Part shown: positions 19,711 to 28,531 of the stretch, one piece after another
Position numbering within the stretch: position 1 is the first letter of the stretch
Layout of the letters: each line of letters opens with the position of its first letter
Assembly (NCBI GenBank): GCA_050012475.1
Contig: JBEKHC010000030.1
Span: forward strand, 1-52,170
Direction of reading: 5' to 3'
Source: Candidatus Velthaea sp.
GTDB taxonomy: Bacteria > Vulcanimicrobiota > Vulcanimicrobiia > Vulcanimicrobiales > Vulcanimicrobiaceae
Length of the DNA: 52,170 nt
Program-made: the position numbers and the translations under genes
Notes under the pieces: model-generated
What the model was told of the DNA's origin: nothing
Database searches by the model: none
What the model saw: the letters and a program-made list of their open reading frames with translations, nothing else

Positions 19711-21003
19711 TCAAAAAAAGTCTGCCGCTTCGCTCGAATGATGAGCCCGGCGCGGAAGCAATTTTGCGATCTCCTTTGGGATGATGACGTCGATCGCGTC
19801 GTCGACAGTTACGATGCCCAGCATCTTTCCGTCGTCATCGAGGACGGGCACGGCCAGCAGATCGTAGCGCGCGATTATCGCAGCCACGTCCTTGGCGCTG
19901 GTGTCCGGCGCGGCGCTCACGAGGTCGGTGCGCATGAGCTTCTCGATGAAGGCTGTCGGCAGCGCCAGCAGCAGCGAGCGCAACGAGAGCACGCCCAGCA
20001 GTTTATGCCGCTCGTCGGTGACATAGAGGTAGTAAATGAACTCCGACTTCGGCCCGACGTCGCGAATCTTGGCGATCGTGGCCGCCACCGTGCGATGCGG
20101 ATAGATCCACACGTAGTCAGTGGTCATGAGGCCGCCGGCCGTGTGCGGGTCGTACTTGACGAGGTTGCGCAGCTCGCCAGCGGTCTGGGGCGCCATCTCG
20201 GCGAGGAGCTCTAACTGGCGTTCCGCGGGGAATTCGGCAAGCAGATCGGTAGCGTCGTCCGAGTCCATCTCCTCGATGATGTCCGCGGCGCGTTCGGTGC
20301 CCAGGTCCTCGACGATCATCTTCTGCCGGGCGTGGTCGAGGTGCTCGAGAGCGTCGGCGGCGGTTTCGTCGTCGAGGCTGCCGACCACGCGCGCAGCGTC
20401 GTTGGCGGAGAGCTCGGAGATGATGTCGGCCAGCTCCGAGGGGTGAAAACGCGCGAGGCGCTTCTCGGCGATGGAGAGCCGGATGTTGAAGGGGCTCACG
20501 TCGGCGATCGGGGCGACGTTGTCCCAGGTGATCAAGCGCCGCGGGACGCGCTCGACCAGCTCGTGTGCGAACTTAGTCGCGCCAAGTCGTCGAAGTAAGC
20601 CCGCAACGCCGATGTCCACGGCCACGACCCGCAACATCCCGCCGGTGTTGGCGATCTCAAGGTCGTTGATGCGCACAACCTTGCGGTCGTCCACGTCGAT
20701 GATCTGCTTGTCGAAAAGATCGCGGATGAGATGCAGGGCCTGGCCTTCGGGAAGGGCGGGCGTTTCCGGGAGCGTCGGCAACACGATCGCGCCCCGCTCG
20801 TCGACGTCGACCTTATCGACCAACGGGACGTAACGCTCGCCGTCGTTCGCCTTGACGATCAGCCAGTCGATAGCCGGGAACGTGTCATTCGGCTTGGTGA
20901 CCAAAAAGTCGATGATTTTCCCAACCGGCGCTTCCGGGCCATTCCTGACGATGACCGCAGGACGACCGAGCAACTCGGAGAGATATCCCTCCTCAAAGCC
21001 CAT
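19711..21003 (-). CDS. MgtE-like intracellular protein (PRC-barrel + MgtE N-domain + CBS pair), no transmembrane domain
   Basis: DKQIIDVDDRKVVRIND, HPSELADII, TAGGLMTT, GIVTVDD; ends without TM helices. Confidence 0.88.
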   Translation of the reverse strand: MGFEEGYLSELLGRPAVIVRNGPEAPVGKIIDFLVTKPNDTFPAIDWLIVKANDGERYVPLVDKVDVDERGAIVLPTLPETPALPEGQALHLIRDLFDKQIIDVDDRKVVRINDLEIANTGGMLRVVAVDIGVAGLLRRLGATKFAHELVERVPRRLITWDNVAPIADVSPFNIRLSIAEKRLARFHPSELADIISELSANDAARVVGSLDDETAADALEHLDHARQKMIVEDLGTERAADIIEEMDSDDATDLLAEFPAERQLELLAEMAPQTAGELRNLVKYDPHTAGGLMTTDYVWIYPHRTVAATIAKIRDVGPKSEFIYYLYVTDERHKLLGVLSLRSLLLALPTAFIEKLMRTDLVSAAPDTSAKDVAAIIARYDLLAVPVLDDDGKMLGIVTVDDAIDVIIPKEIAKLLPRRAHHSSEAADFF

Positions 21004-21099
21004 TTTCCAACCGCCTATCTTGTCGTCTCTTGGTGCTCGTTCACGGCGGCCTTCCGCTTGAACGCGGCGCGATGATCTTCATCTCGCCGGCGGCACGCT

Positions 21100-21378
21100 C
21101 TAGGAGGGCTCCGGACGTACGGTCTGTGCGGCGCGCGCTCCCAAGGAAGCGGGGATGCCACCGTTTGCCCCTGAGGTGACACGCGCTTTGTCGCGGTTGA
21201 GGACGTAGACGGCGCAGGAGACAGCGACGAGGGTTGCCAGCAACACGACGATCAGAACAGCCGCGATGCGCTCTTCTGGCGAGACCCGACCGGGCCGCCA
21301 GCCCGGCTCCGGCCGGCGACCGAAAGCCGAGCGGAAAGAGGAGCTCAACGAGCCTAACGATTTAGCGGAAGCGCGCAT
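21100..21378 (-). CDS. Small single-TM hypothetical protein
   Basis: ATG start and one hydrophobic helix (IAAVLIVVLLATLVAVSCAVYVL). Confidence 0.55.
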   Translation of the reverse strand: MRASAKSLGSLSSSFRSAFGRRPEPGWRPGRVSPEERIAAVLIVVLLATLVAVSCAVYVLNRDKARVTSGANGGIPASLGARAAQTVRPEPS

Positions 21379-21547
21379 GGATTGATCCTAACCCGGCGCC
21401 CCCCACTTCACCAGCCGCCGTATGGAGCTTTTTTATAAGTCGATGCCACCGAACGGATGATCCGAACGGCGGCTAACACGACCCAGACAAGAGGTGTAAG
21501 ATTGCGATGCAAACGCTTGTTAGTGTTGGGAGTAACCTTCTACGGAA

Positions 21548-21868
21548 ATGCGCAGCGACGTCGTCCCTACGGCGAACTTTTGGACCCGCGAGTTCTGGAG
21601 CGAGCTCGTCAATTGCACCTCATCACTGCGGCGACGAGAGAATCAGGCTGAGCTGTGGGGCTGGACAATTCGCTTAGTTTGGGAAGACGAGGGACGACGC
21701 GGCGTGGTATACCTCCACTGCGACATGTTGCCGCGTCAGGCCGCTAATCCACAGCAGCGCGCTCGCCGGATATTTGTTTTCCCCAGTTTCGACGCGCGCG
21801 CGGAAGCGCGATCATTGCTCAAGGAGTTGTCCGCCGTTGACGCCCCGCAGCGTCGGAACCGCGCGTAA
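21548..21868 (+). CDS. Hypothetical protein
   Basis: GGAG upstream, Trp-rich ORF directly followed by a co-oriented gene. Confidence 0.5.
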   Translation: MRSDVVPTANFWTREFWSELVNCTSSLRRRENQAELWGWTIRLVWEDEGRRGVVYLHCDMLPRQAANPQQRARRIFVFPSFDARAEARSLLKELSAVDAPQRRNRA

Positions 21869-21871
21869 CCC

Positions 21872-22333
21872 GTGCCGACTCTTTCTCACCCACGCCGGCA
21901 CATGGCGTTTGTCGAGCTCACCGAGGGCGATCTCGAACCACGCGCGCGAGCGGCCTGCGAGTCGACACTGTTCGAGCGACTTGAGGCAACTGGCGTCGCT
22001 ACCGAAATGGTCGCGATCAACTCCACGGGCTGTTTTTTAACCGTTGACGAGCGCGATGTGCCGCGCGTGCGAACCGCAGCAGCGTCGCTCAATGTCGCAC
22101 TGCGTTTGCGTCCGGCCTGTGCCTGTGTTACCTTGGCCCGCGCAGAGACAAACTGGCCGTTGCCATCACTGGCCAACGTACTGTCAACGTTCTGCGCGCA
22201 TGGTTTGGAAGCTCTTCACATCACTGCCGACGCCGGCGCGGTTGACATCGTCGTGGCCGATTCGGATGCCGGTCTGGCGGCCCAAATCCTAGCAGGCTTC
22301 TGCCGACCACAAATGTCGCAACGCGTCGCGTAG
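21872..22333 (+). CDS. Stand-alone tandem ACT-like domain protein (aspartokinase regulatory domain-like, divergent)
   Basis: LFERLEATGVATEMVAIN...FLTVDE and VLSTFCAHGLEALHITAD...VDIVV match the two ACT repeats of aspartokinase C-termini. Confidence 0.6.
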   Translation: MPTLSHPRRHMAFVELTEGDLEPRARAACESTLFERLEATGVATEMVAINSTGCFLTVDERDVPRVRTAAASLNVALRLRPACACVTLARAETNWPLPSLANVLSTFCAHGLEALHITADAGAVDIVVADSDAGLAAQILAGFCRPQMSQRVA

Positions 22334-22492
22334 TCCGACCTAATGCGTGGCGCCTGCCACTTTCTTCTTCGTTCTTTGGATATTCACGACAGTGCTATAT
22401 CAGCGCGCTACGCCATTACGTCATGAGATAAACAGACGGTCGTGGACGCCTGACCCCGCAGCGCGTCCCGCCGCTTGGAGGAGTGGAGCGCT

Positions 22493-24160
22493 ATGACTGT
22501 GGTTCCGAGCTTGAAATCTCGACCGGAGAAGGTCCAGGTCTGCGTGCGGCAGATGACGCTGGACGATATCCCGGCGGTCTTGGGCCTGCAGCACCGAGCC
22601 TTTCCGGGGGTGCAGATTTCCGGCACACCGGAGAAGCTTACGAGCCAAATTACGGTCTTTCCCGAGGGTCAGCATGTCGCAGCGGATGAGACCGGTCGCA
22701 TTTTGGGTTCGTCGAGCACGCTGCTCATCGATTGGGACGATTACGCCCAGTCCGCCCGCTGGGCCGAGATCACCGACCGTGGGACGTTCAACACCCACAA
22801 TCCACTGGGTAAGACGCTCTATGGCGCTGACATTTCGGTCGATGCGACGGCACGTCGGCAAGGCATCGGTTCCCTCTTTTATGATTTACGCAAGCAGATC
22901 GTCAAGGAGCGCGGCCTCAAACGCATGCTGACGGGCGGACGGATCCCGGGGTATGGGCAGGTCGCTGGACAACTCACGGCGCGCGAATACGTCGCCGACG
23001 TGGTCATGGGGAAACGCACGGACCCGACGCTGAGCTTCCAACTCGCCAATGGGTTCGTCGTGCTCGACGTCGTCCCGGGTTACCTCGAAGACCGGGACTC
23101 AGGCGGCTTTGCGACGCTGCTGGAGTGGCTGAATCCAGCGTACGTGACGACCCTGAGCTTCCAGGCGTACGAACAGCATGCGACCGTGGAGGCGCTGGAT
23201 GAAGCCTCGTTGCGCGAGGGTCTGCAGCCGCGCCGCGTGCGGATCGCCGCGATGCAGTATTTACTGCGTCCGATCAATTGTTTCGAGGACTTCGCAACCC
23301 AGGTCGAGTTCTTCGTCGAAAGCGCCCGAAAATATCGCAGCAACTTCGTGCTGTTCCCCGAGTTCTTCACGATGCAGCTGCTGAGCTATCTGCGCGATCC
23401 CGCGCCGGCGCGGGCCGTGCGACGTCTGGCGGAGCTGACTCCGGCGTACGAGGAGCTCTTCACCCGGCTGGCAACGCAAACCAGCATGTATATCATTGCC
23501 GGGACGCATCCGGTGATGCAAGAAGGCGAGATCTTCAACGCCGCTCACCTCTTTACGCCGCGTGGTCTGGTCTTTCGCCAGAAGAAAGTCCACCTCACCC
23601 CGGTCGAAAAGGGCCCGTACCAGTTGAGCCGGGGCCACGGCTTTTATCTGTACCACACGGACTTCGGCAAGATCGGGATCCTGGTTTGTTACGACGTGGA
23701 ATTCCCAGAAGCGGCGCGTTGCTTAGCCGAAGCCGGCGCGCAGATTCTGTTCGTTCCGTCGTGCACCGATGGCCGCCATGGGTTTTACCGCGTTCGGTAC
23801 TGCGCGCAGGCCCGCGCCATCGAGAATCAGGTCTACGTTGCCATGGCCGCGACCGTCGGCAATTTACCCGAAGTGCCCTACATGAACACCAATTATGGCC
23901 AGGCGGCGATTCTTACTCCGTCCGACTATTTCTTTGCGCGCGACGGCATCGCCAACGAAGGCATCATCAACCAGGAACAGATGATCATCTCCGACGTCGA
24001 TCTCGACCTGCTGGCTGAACAGCGCATCAGCGGCAGCGTCATTCCGCTCAACGATTTGATCCAGGACGCCTACGACCGGGTGATCCACTCGGTTGATCGC
24101 CACGACAACGGGGCAACCCGGACTCCGGCTATCCAGCCGGAGTACCAAACCGTGTCGTGA
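22493..24160 (+). CDS. Bifunctional GNAT N-acetyltransferase / carbon-nitrogen hydrolase
   Basis: N-terminal GNAT (ARRQGIG acetyl-CoA motif, GGRIPGY); C-terminal nitrilase fold with E-K-C triad (FPEF, QKKVHLTP, VCYDVEFPE), ARAIENQ. Confidence 0.92.
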   Translation: MTVVPSLKSRPEKVQVCVRQMTLDDIPAVLGLQHRAFPGVQISGTPEKLTSQITVFPEGQHVAADETGRILGSSSTLLIDWDDYAQSARWAEITDRGTFNTHNPLGKTLYGADISVDATARRQGIGSLFYDLRKQIVKERGLKRMLTGGRIPGYGQVAGQLTAREYVADVVMGKRTDPTLSFQLANGFVVLDVVPGYLEDRDSGGFATLLEWLNPAYVTTLSFQAYEQHATVEALDEASLREGLQPRRVRIAAMQYLLRPINCFEDFATQVEFFVESARKYRSNFVLFPEFFTMQLLSYLRDPAPARAVRRLAELTPAYEELFTRLATQTSMYIIAGTHPVMQEGEIFNAAHLFTPRGLVFRQKKVHLTPVEKGPYQLSRGHGFYLYHTDFGKIGILVCYDVEFPEAARCLAEAGAQILFVPSCTDGRHGFYRVRYCAQARAIENQVYVAMAATVGNLPEVPYMNTNYGQAAILTPSDYFFARDGIANEGIINQEQMIISDVDLDLLAEQRISGSVIPLNDLIQDAYDRVIHSVDRHDNGATRTPAIQPEYQTVS

Positions 24161-24295
24161 TACCGATTATCGGGACTATCTTCGAGCATTCGGCGCCGGT
24201 CCTCGCCGCCGTCGCCGTCGCATGTCGCATTCTGCTCAGCGTGACGCCGCAAGGTAATCGCCGAGCACCGCTGCCTTTCAGCGAGCACATTCAAC

Positions 24296-25711
24296 ATGAC
24301 AGCCGCCACAACTGAACAATGGTCTCATGCATTTGACGTCGGACAAGCCCCGCAGTGTCCGACGATTCCGCCAGCCTCCGGCGCGCTCGTGCATCGTAAC
24401 CTGCGACAAGGCGAGTTCTGGCGTACGATACCGGCTTACTCAAATGTCGATGAAGCGACGTTTCTCGATCACATCTGGCAAGGCCGTCAATCGATCAAGA
24501 CGCCTGCGGAACTGCTCGAAACGATCAAGGATTTGGTGCCCCCATGGTTCATCGAGGACGCACGCGAAGGGTTCCGGCGAGCGCCGATGGCGGTTCGCGT
24601 TTCGCCATATCTGATCGCCTTGATCGACTGGAACGCCCCATACACCGATCCGATTCGGCGCCAATTCATACCCGTCGCTTCGCAGTTACGGTCTGACCAC
24701 CCACGCTTGACGACCGATTCGCCCCACGAGCGGGCCGACTCACCCGTCCCCGGGCTCACGCATCGCTACGCCGACAAGGCGCTGTTTCTGCCGTTGGCAA
24801 CCTGTCCCGTTTACTGTCGCTTCTGCACGCGTTCGTATGCCATCGGCCCGGATACCGCAGAAATCGATCATAAAGCCCGGCTCGCCAAGACGCCCAAGGA
24901 CTGGCAAGACGCCTTCAATTACATCGCATCGCGCCCGGAACTCGAAGATATTGTCGTCTCAGGCGGCGACACCTATATGCTCGGGTCCAAGATGCTGCAG
25001 CTCATCGGCGACGCGCTGCTCGCAATTCCGCACATCCGCCGCGTGCGCTTCGCGACCAAAGGTCTAGCGGTTATGCCGATGAAGATTCTCACCGACCACG
25101 CCTGGACTGACGCCATCACGGCGATCGTCGAACGCGGTCGCGCATCTGGCAAAGATGTCGTGCTCCACACCTATTTCAACAGTCCGGGCGAGATCAGCTG
25201 GATCACACAACGAGCCACCGCTCTCCTGTTCGAGCGCGGCATCTACGTGCGCAACCAAAGCGTTCTCATCCGCGGCGTCAACAACGATGCCGCGACGATG
25301 ACGACGCTCGTCAAGCGCCTCGAATACATCAACGTTCATCCGTACTATGTCTACATGCACGATTTGGTCAAGGGCGTCGAAGATCTGCGGAACTCGATTC
25401 AAACGGCGGTCGAGATCGAAAAACGGGTGCGCGGCAGTACGGCGGGATTCAATACGCCGCTCTTTGTTTTCGACGCGCCCGGGGGCGGCGGGAAACGCGA
25501 CGTGCATAGTTTCGAATACTGCGATCGTGAGAACGGCATCGCCGTCTACACCGCACCAAGCGTCAAGCCGGGCAAGTTCTTCCTCTATTTCGATCCGATC
25601 GACACCTTGCCGATCGAGGCGCAGCGGCGTTGGCAATCGCCGATGCGTCAGCAGCAGATGATCGCCGCTGCACTTGAATGCGTCGGCGGGCGTGTCGAGG
25701 CGCTCGCGTAA
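24296..25711 (+). CDS. kamA: KamA-family radical SAM/PLP amino-acid 2,3-aminomutase
   Basis: GLTHRY, CPVYCRFCTR, SGGD, NQSVLIRGVN, PLP lysine motif DAPGGGGK. Confidence 0.9.
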   Translation: MTAATTEQWSHAFDVGQAPQCPTIPPASGALVHRNLRQGEFWRTIPAYSNVDEATFLDHIWQGRQSIKTPAELLETIKDLVPPWFIEDAREGFRRAPMAVRVSPYLIALIDWNAPYTDPIRRQFIPVASQLRSDHPRLTTDSPHERADSPVPGLTHRYADKALFLPLATCPVYCRFCTRSYAIGPDTAEIDHKARLAKTPKDWQDAFNYIASRPELEDIVVSGGDTYMLGSKMLQLIGDALLAIPHIRRVRFATKGLAVMPMKILTDHAWTDAITAIVERGRASGKDVVLHTYFNSPGEISWITQRATALLFERGIYVRNQSVLIRGVNNDAATMTTLVKRLEYINVHPYYVYMHDLVKGVEDLRNSIQTAVEIEKRVRGSTAGFNTPLFVFDAPGGGGKRDVHSFEYCDRENGIAVYTAPSVKPGKFFLYFDPIDTLPIEAQRRWQSPMRQQQMIAAALECVGGRVEALA

Positions 25712-25783
25712 GGCAGATTCCGCTCACGGACTTGACCGAGGACGTTAGCAATCCAGGTGACCCACTCGTGAACGGGCTGCCGT

Positions 25784-26455
25784 TTACGGCTTGGCTTCGG
25801 CGTCGAGGGCGCGGTTGAGCTCGAGCACGTTGACGCGCGGCTCGCCGAGAATTCGGAACGTGCGGCCTCGGCTATGGGCGTTGATCAGCGCGCGAACGTC
25901 AGCGAGCGGGATGTTCCGCGCTTTGGCGACGCGCGGCGCCTGGTAGTATGCGCCTTCGGGCGAAATGTCCGGATCGATTCCGCTGGCGCTGGAGGTGACG
26001 AGATCCATCGGCGGTTCACCTGGCGCATCCGAGTTTGCTTTTTTGAGCGCGACGATCGTTGCTTTGGTGGCGTCGATGAGCTTCTTGCTCGTTGGCGCCA
26101 AATTCGTGCCGCCCGTCGACGTCGGATCGTAACCGTTCTTGCCAGCTGCCGACGGACGCCCCTGGAAGTACTGTGGCTTGGTGAACAGCTGACCGATGAT
26201 CTCCGAGCCGATCGGTTTACCGTTTTGGACGATCATCGAACCGCCGGCTTGATGTGGGAAGACAAGGGTAACGATGCCGGTTATCAACAGTGGATAGATG
26301 ATCCCCACAATCACGAGACTTACGATCGTGTAGATGACCGAGGTCGCGATATGGGAGAAGATCGACGTCCTTTTATCCACTGTCGGCCGCGGCACGCCCG
26401 GTTTTGACCCGTTTAGCGGCTTCGTGTTGAGCAGCCGATTGATAATTGTGCTCAT
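25784..26455 (-). CDS. kdpC: K+-transporting ATPase subunit C (orphan)
   Basis: GSEIIGQ, YFQGRPSAAG, VTSSASGIDPDIS, GEPRVNVLELNRALD. Confidence 0.95.
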   Translation of the reverse strand: MSTIINRLLNTKPLNGSKPGVPRPTVDKRTSIFSHIATSVIYTIVSLVIVGIIYPLLITGIVTLVFPHQAGGSMIVQNGKPIGSEIIGQLFTKPQYFQGRPSAAGKNGYDPTSTGGTNLAPTSKKLIDATKATIVALKKANSDAPGEPPMDLVTSSASGIDPDISPEGAYYQAPRVAKARNIPLADVRALINAHSRGRTFRILGEPRVNVLELNRALDAEAKP

Positions 26456-26565
26456 GGTGCTCCCGCGATCTGAGGTGCAGCGCAGTTCTTGAAGCGCAGT
26501 TTAAGTTCAAGGTGAGGTGGAGAAGACACGATGATGTCGCCCAGCCGGGTCAACATGCTCCGAGG

Positions 26566-27025
26566 GCAGCACGCCGTCATTGGGATGGTGCGACATATTC
26601 ACAATGCTCCAGCGAGGCGACCGTGAGCTGCTCGGTGCCGATGAGCGGCTTGACCTCGACCGTCGCGAGCAGACGCGGCACTTCGTACTGCAACTGTCCG
26701 GCGGACTTCGAGGCCCGAAACGGGGCGAAGACCTGGCGCAGGATCGCCGCATAGAAGCGCCGCTCGTCGGGAACCGACGGCGCCTCCATCGTGATCACCG
26801 GAATGCCCGAAGCGACTTCGCCGCTGCCTTCCTGCGCCGGGTGCTGACGTGCAGTGCTGTCTTACCGCAGCGTGCGCGATGCGCAGGCCGGTCGCGATCG
26901 CTCCCGGCGGATCGGGCGAGATAGGGAAGCCCAGGACCATCCGGCTATAGACGTCGATCGCCAGGGTGATCCATAGCCGCCCGATCGCTAAGCGGTGCTC
27001 CTCGTCGACGACGGTGATGTCGAGC
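26566..27025 (-). pseudogene. Internally deleted second copy of tniA-tniB
   Basis: Three colinear blocks match the intact copy: about 26566-26639 to 16623-16696, 26640-26849 to 17063-17272, and 26871-27025 to 18435-18589, with substitutions. Confidence 0.9.
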
Positions 27026-27175
27026 AGACTGTCGGTATCGAGGATGACGGAATGTGTCGCCGCTCTGCCGAGCGCAAGCCCTTGCGCGAGCCGAATCTAG
27101 AACGCTTGAAAGCCCGAAAAGCCGATTGCGACGCAGAATCGAACTTCGACCGTGAGCGGGAAAGGGAGGTATGCG

Positions 27176-28525
27176 ATGTCGGAAGCGGGGCGCGGGCGCG
27201 CGATCGTCATCGGCGCAAGCATCGGCGGATTGCTTGCGGCGCGGGCACTGGCCGACGCGTTCGCCGAGGTAGTGGTCCTCGACCGCGACGTGCTCGACGA
27301 CGCTGCAGAGTATCGGCGCGGCGTGCCGCAGGGCCGCCACACCCACGTCGTCCTGGTCAGCGGATGCCGTGCGCTCGAGGCCCTCTTGCCGGGCATTTGC
27401 GCTGAATTGAGCGCCGCCGGCGCAATCGGCGGGGATGTCGGAACGGACGTCAGTTGGTTCATCGAGGGCGCGCGACTGTGCCGCGTCGCCGGCGGCCTCG
27501 AGGGTTTGGGCATGAGCCGCGCACTCCTCGAGCGCACCGTGCGCTCACGCGTGCGGGCGCTGCCCAACGTCTGCGTGCGCGACACGGCGAACGTCGACGG
27601 ACTAACGGTGACAAACGGGAACCAGCACGTCACCGGCGTTGCGCTTGGAGCGCAAACGCTCGATGCCGCTCTCGTCGTCGACGCAACCGGTCGAGGCTCG
27701 CGTACACCCGGCTGGCTCGCGACACTGGGCTACGAAGAACCGCGCAGCGAAACCGTCGGGATCGAGTTGCGCTACACCACGCGCCGCTTTCGCCGGCGCC
27801 CGGGACAGCTGGGCGGCCTCAACGCGGTCGTCGTTCCCCCCACCCCGAAAAACAAGCGCGGCGGGGTCATCGTGGCGCAAGAAGATGACTGCTGGACCGT
27901 CACGCTCATGACCCACTTTGCCGATTATCCGGCGCCGGAACTCGATGCATTCATCGAGTTCACCCGCACCCTGCCGATCCCGGATATCTACGATGTCGTT
28001 CGCAACGCCGAGCCGGTCGGCGACGCACAGACGATCCGGATGCCGGCCAGCATGCGCCGCCGCTACGAGCAGCTCAAAGCGTTCCCAGCCGGCTATCTCG
28101 TCTTCGGCGACGCGCTTTCGAGCTTCAATCCCATCTACGGTCAAGGCATGTCCGTCGCTGCGCTGGAGGCCGTCGCGCTCCAGGCCGTTCTCCGTTATGG
28201 CACGCCCGATTTCACGCACCGCTTCTTTCGCGAGGCGGCGAACATCATCGACACGGCGTGGAGCATCTCCGCCGGCAACGACCTGCGCATGCCGGAGGCA
28301 ACCGGGCGGCGCAGCGCCGTCGTCCGGCTCACCAACTGGTACGTGCCCAAGCTGCTGCGAGCGAGTCACCACGACCCCGAGCTCGCGCGCGCCTTTCTCA
28401 ACGTCTCGAACTTGATGGCCGATCCACTGAGTCTGATGCGACCGAACGTGCTTGCCGCGGTCGCCCGCGCTGCGTTGCGCCGGCCGATGAGCAGAACCGT
28501 TCGCGATACATCGGCCGGCGGCTGA
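27176..28525 (+). CDS. FAD-dependent oxidoreductase/monooxygenase
   Basis: VIGASIGGLLAA, RRGVPQGRH, VDATGRGS, GDALSSFNPIYGQGMS. Confidence 0.9.
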   Translation: MSEAGRGRAIVIGASIGGLLAARALADAFAEVVVLDRDVLDDAAEYRRGVPQGRHTHVVLVSGCRALEALLPGICAELSAAGAIGGDVGTDVSWFIEGARLCRVAGGLEGLGMSRALLERTVRSRVRALPNVCVRDTANVDGLTVTNGNQHVTGVALGAQTLDAALVVDATGRGSRTPGWLATLGYEEPRSETVGIELRYTTRRFRRRPGQLGGLNAVVVPPTPKNKRGGVIVAQEDDCWTVTLMTHFADYPAPELDAFIEFTRTLPIPDIYDVVRNAEPVGDAQTIRMPASMRRRYEQLKAFPAGYLVFGDALSSFNPIYGQGMSVAALEAVALQAVLRYGTPDFTHRFFREAANIIDTAWSISAGNDLRMPEATGRRSAVVRLTNWYVPKLLRASHHDPELARAFLNVSNLMADPLSLMRPNVLAAVARAALRRPMSRTVRDTSAGG

Positions 28526-28531
28526 TTTGCG

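Noticed and set aside
21485..22495. Lysine riboswitch (AGAGGTG at about 21490; GGAGCGCTAT at about 22485)
   Set aside because: The two motifs are about 1 kb apart and the internal conserved elements are missing.
24296..25711. EpmB (EF-P beta-lysylation)
   Set aside because: The protein is longer than typical EpmB, with N- and C-terminal extensions, and no efp or epmA is nearby.
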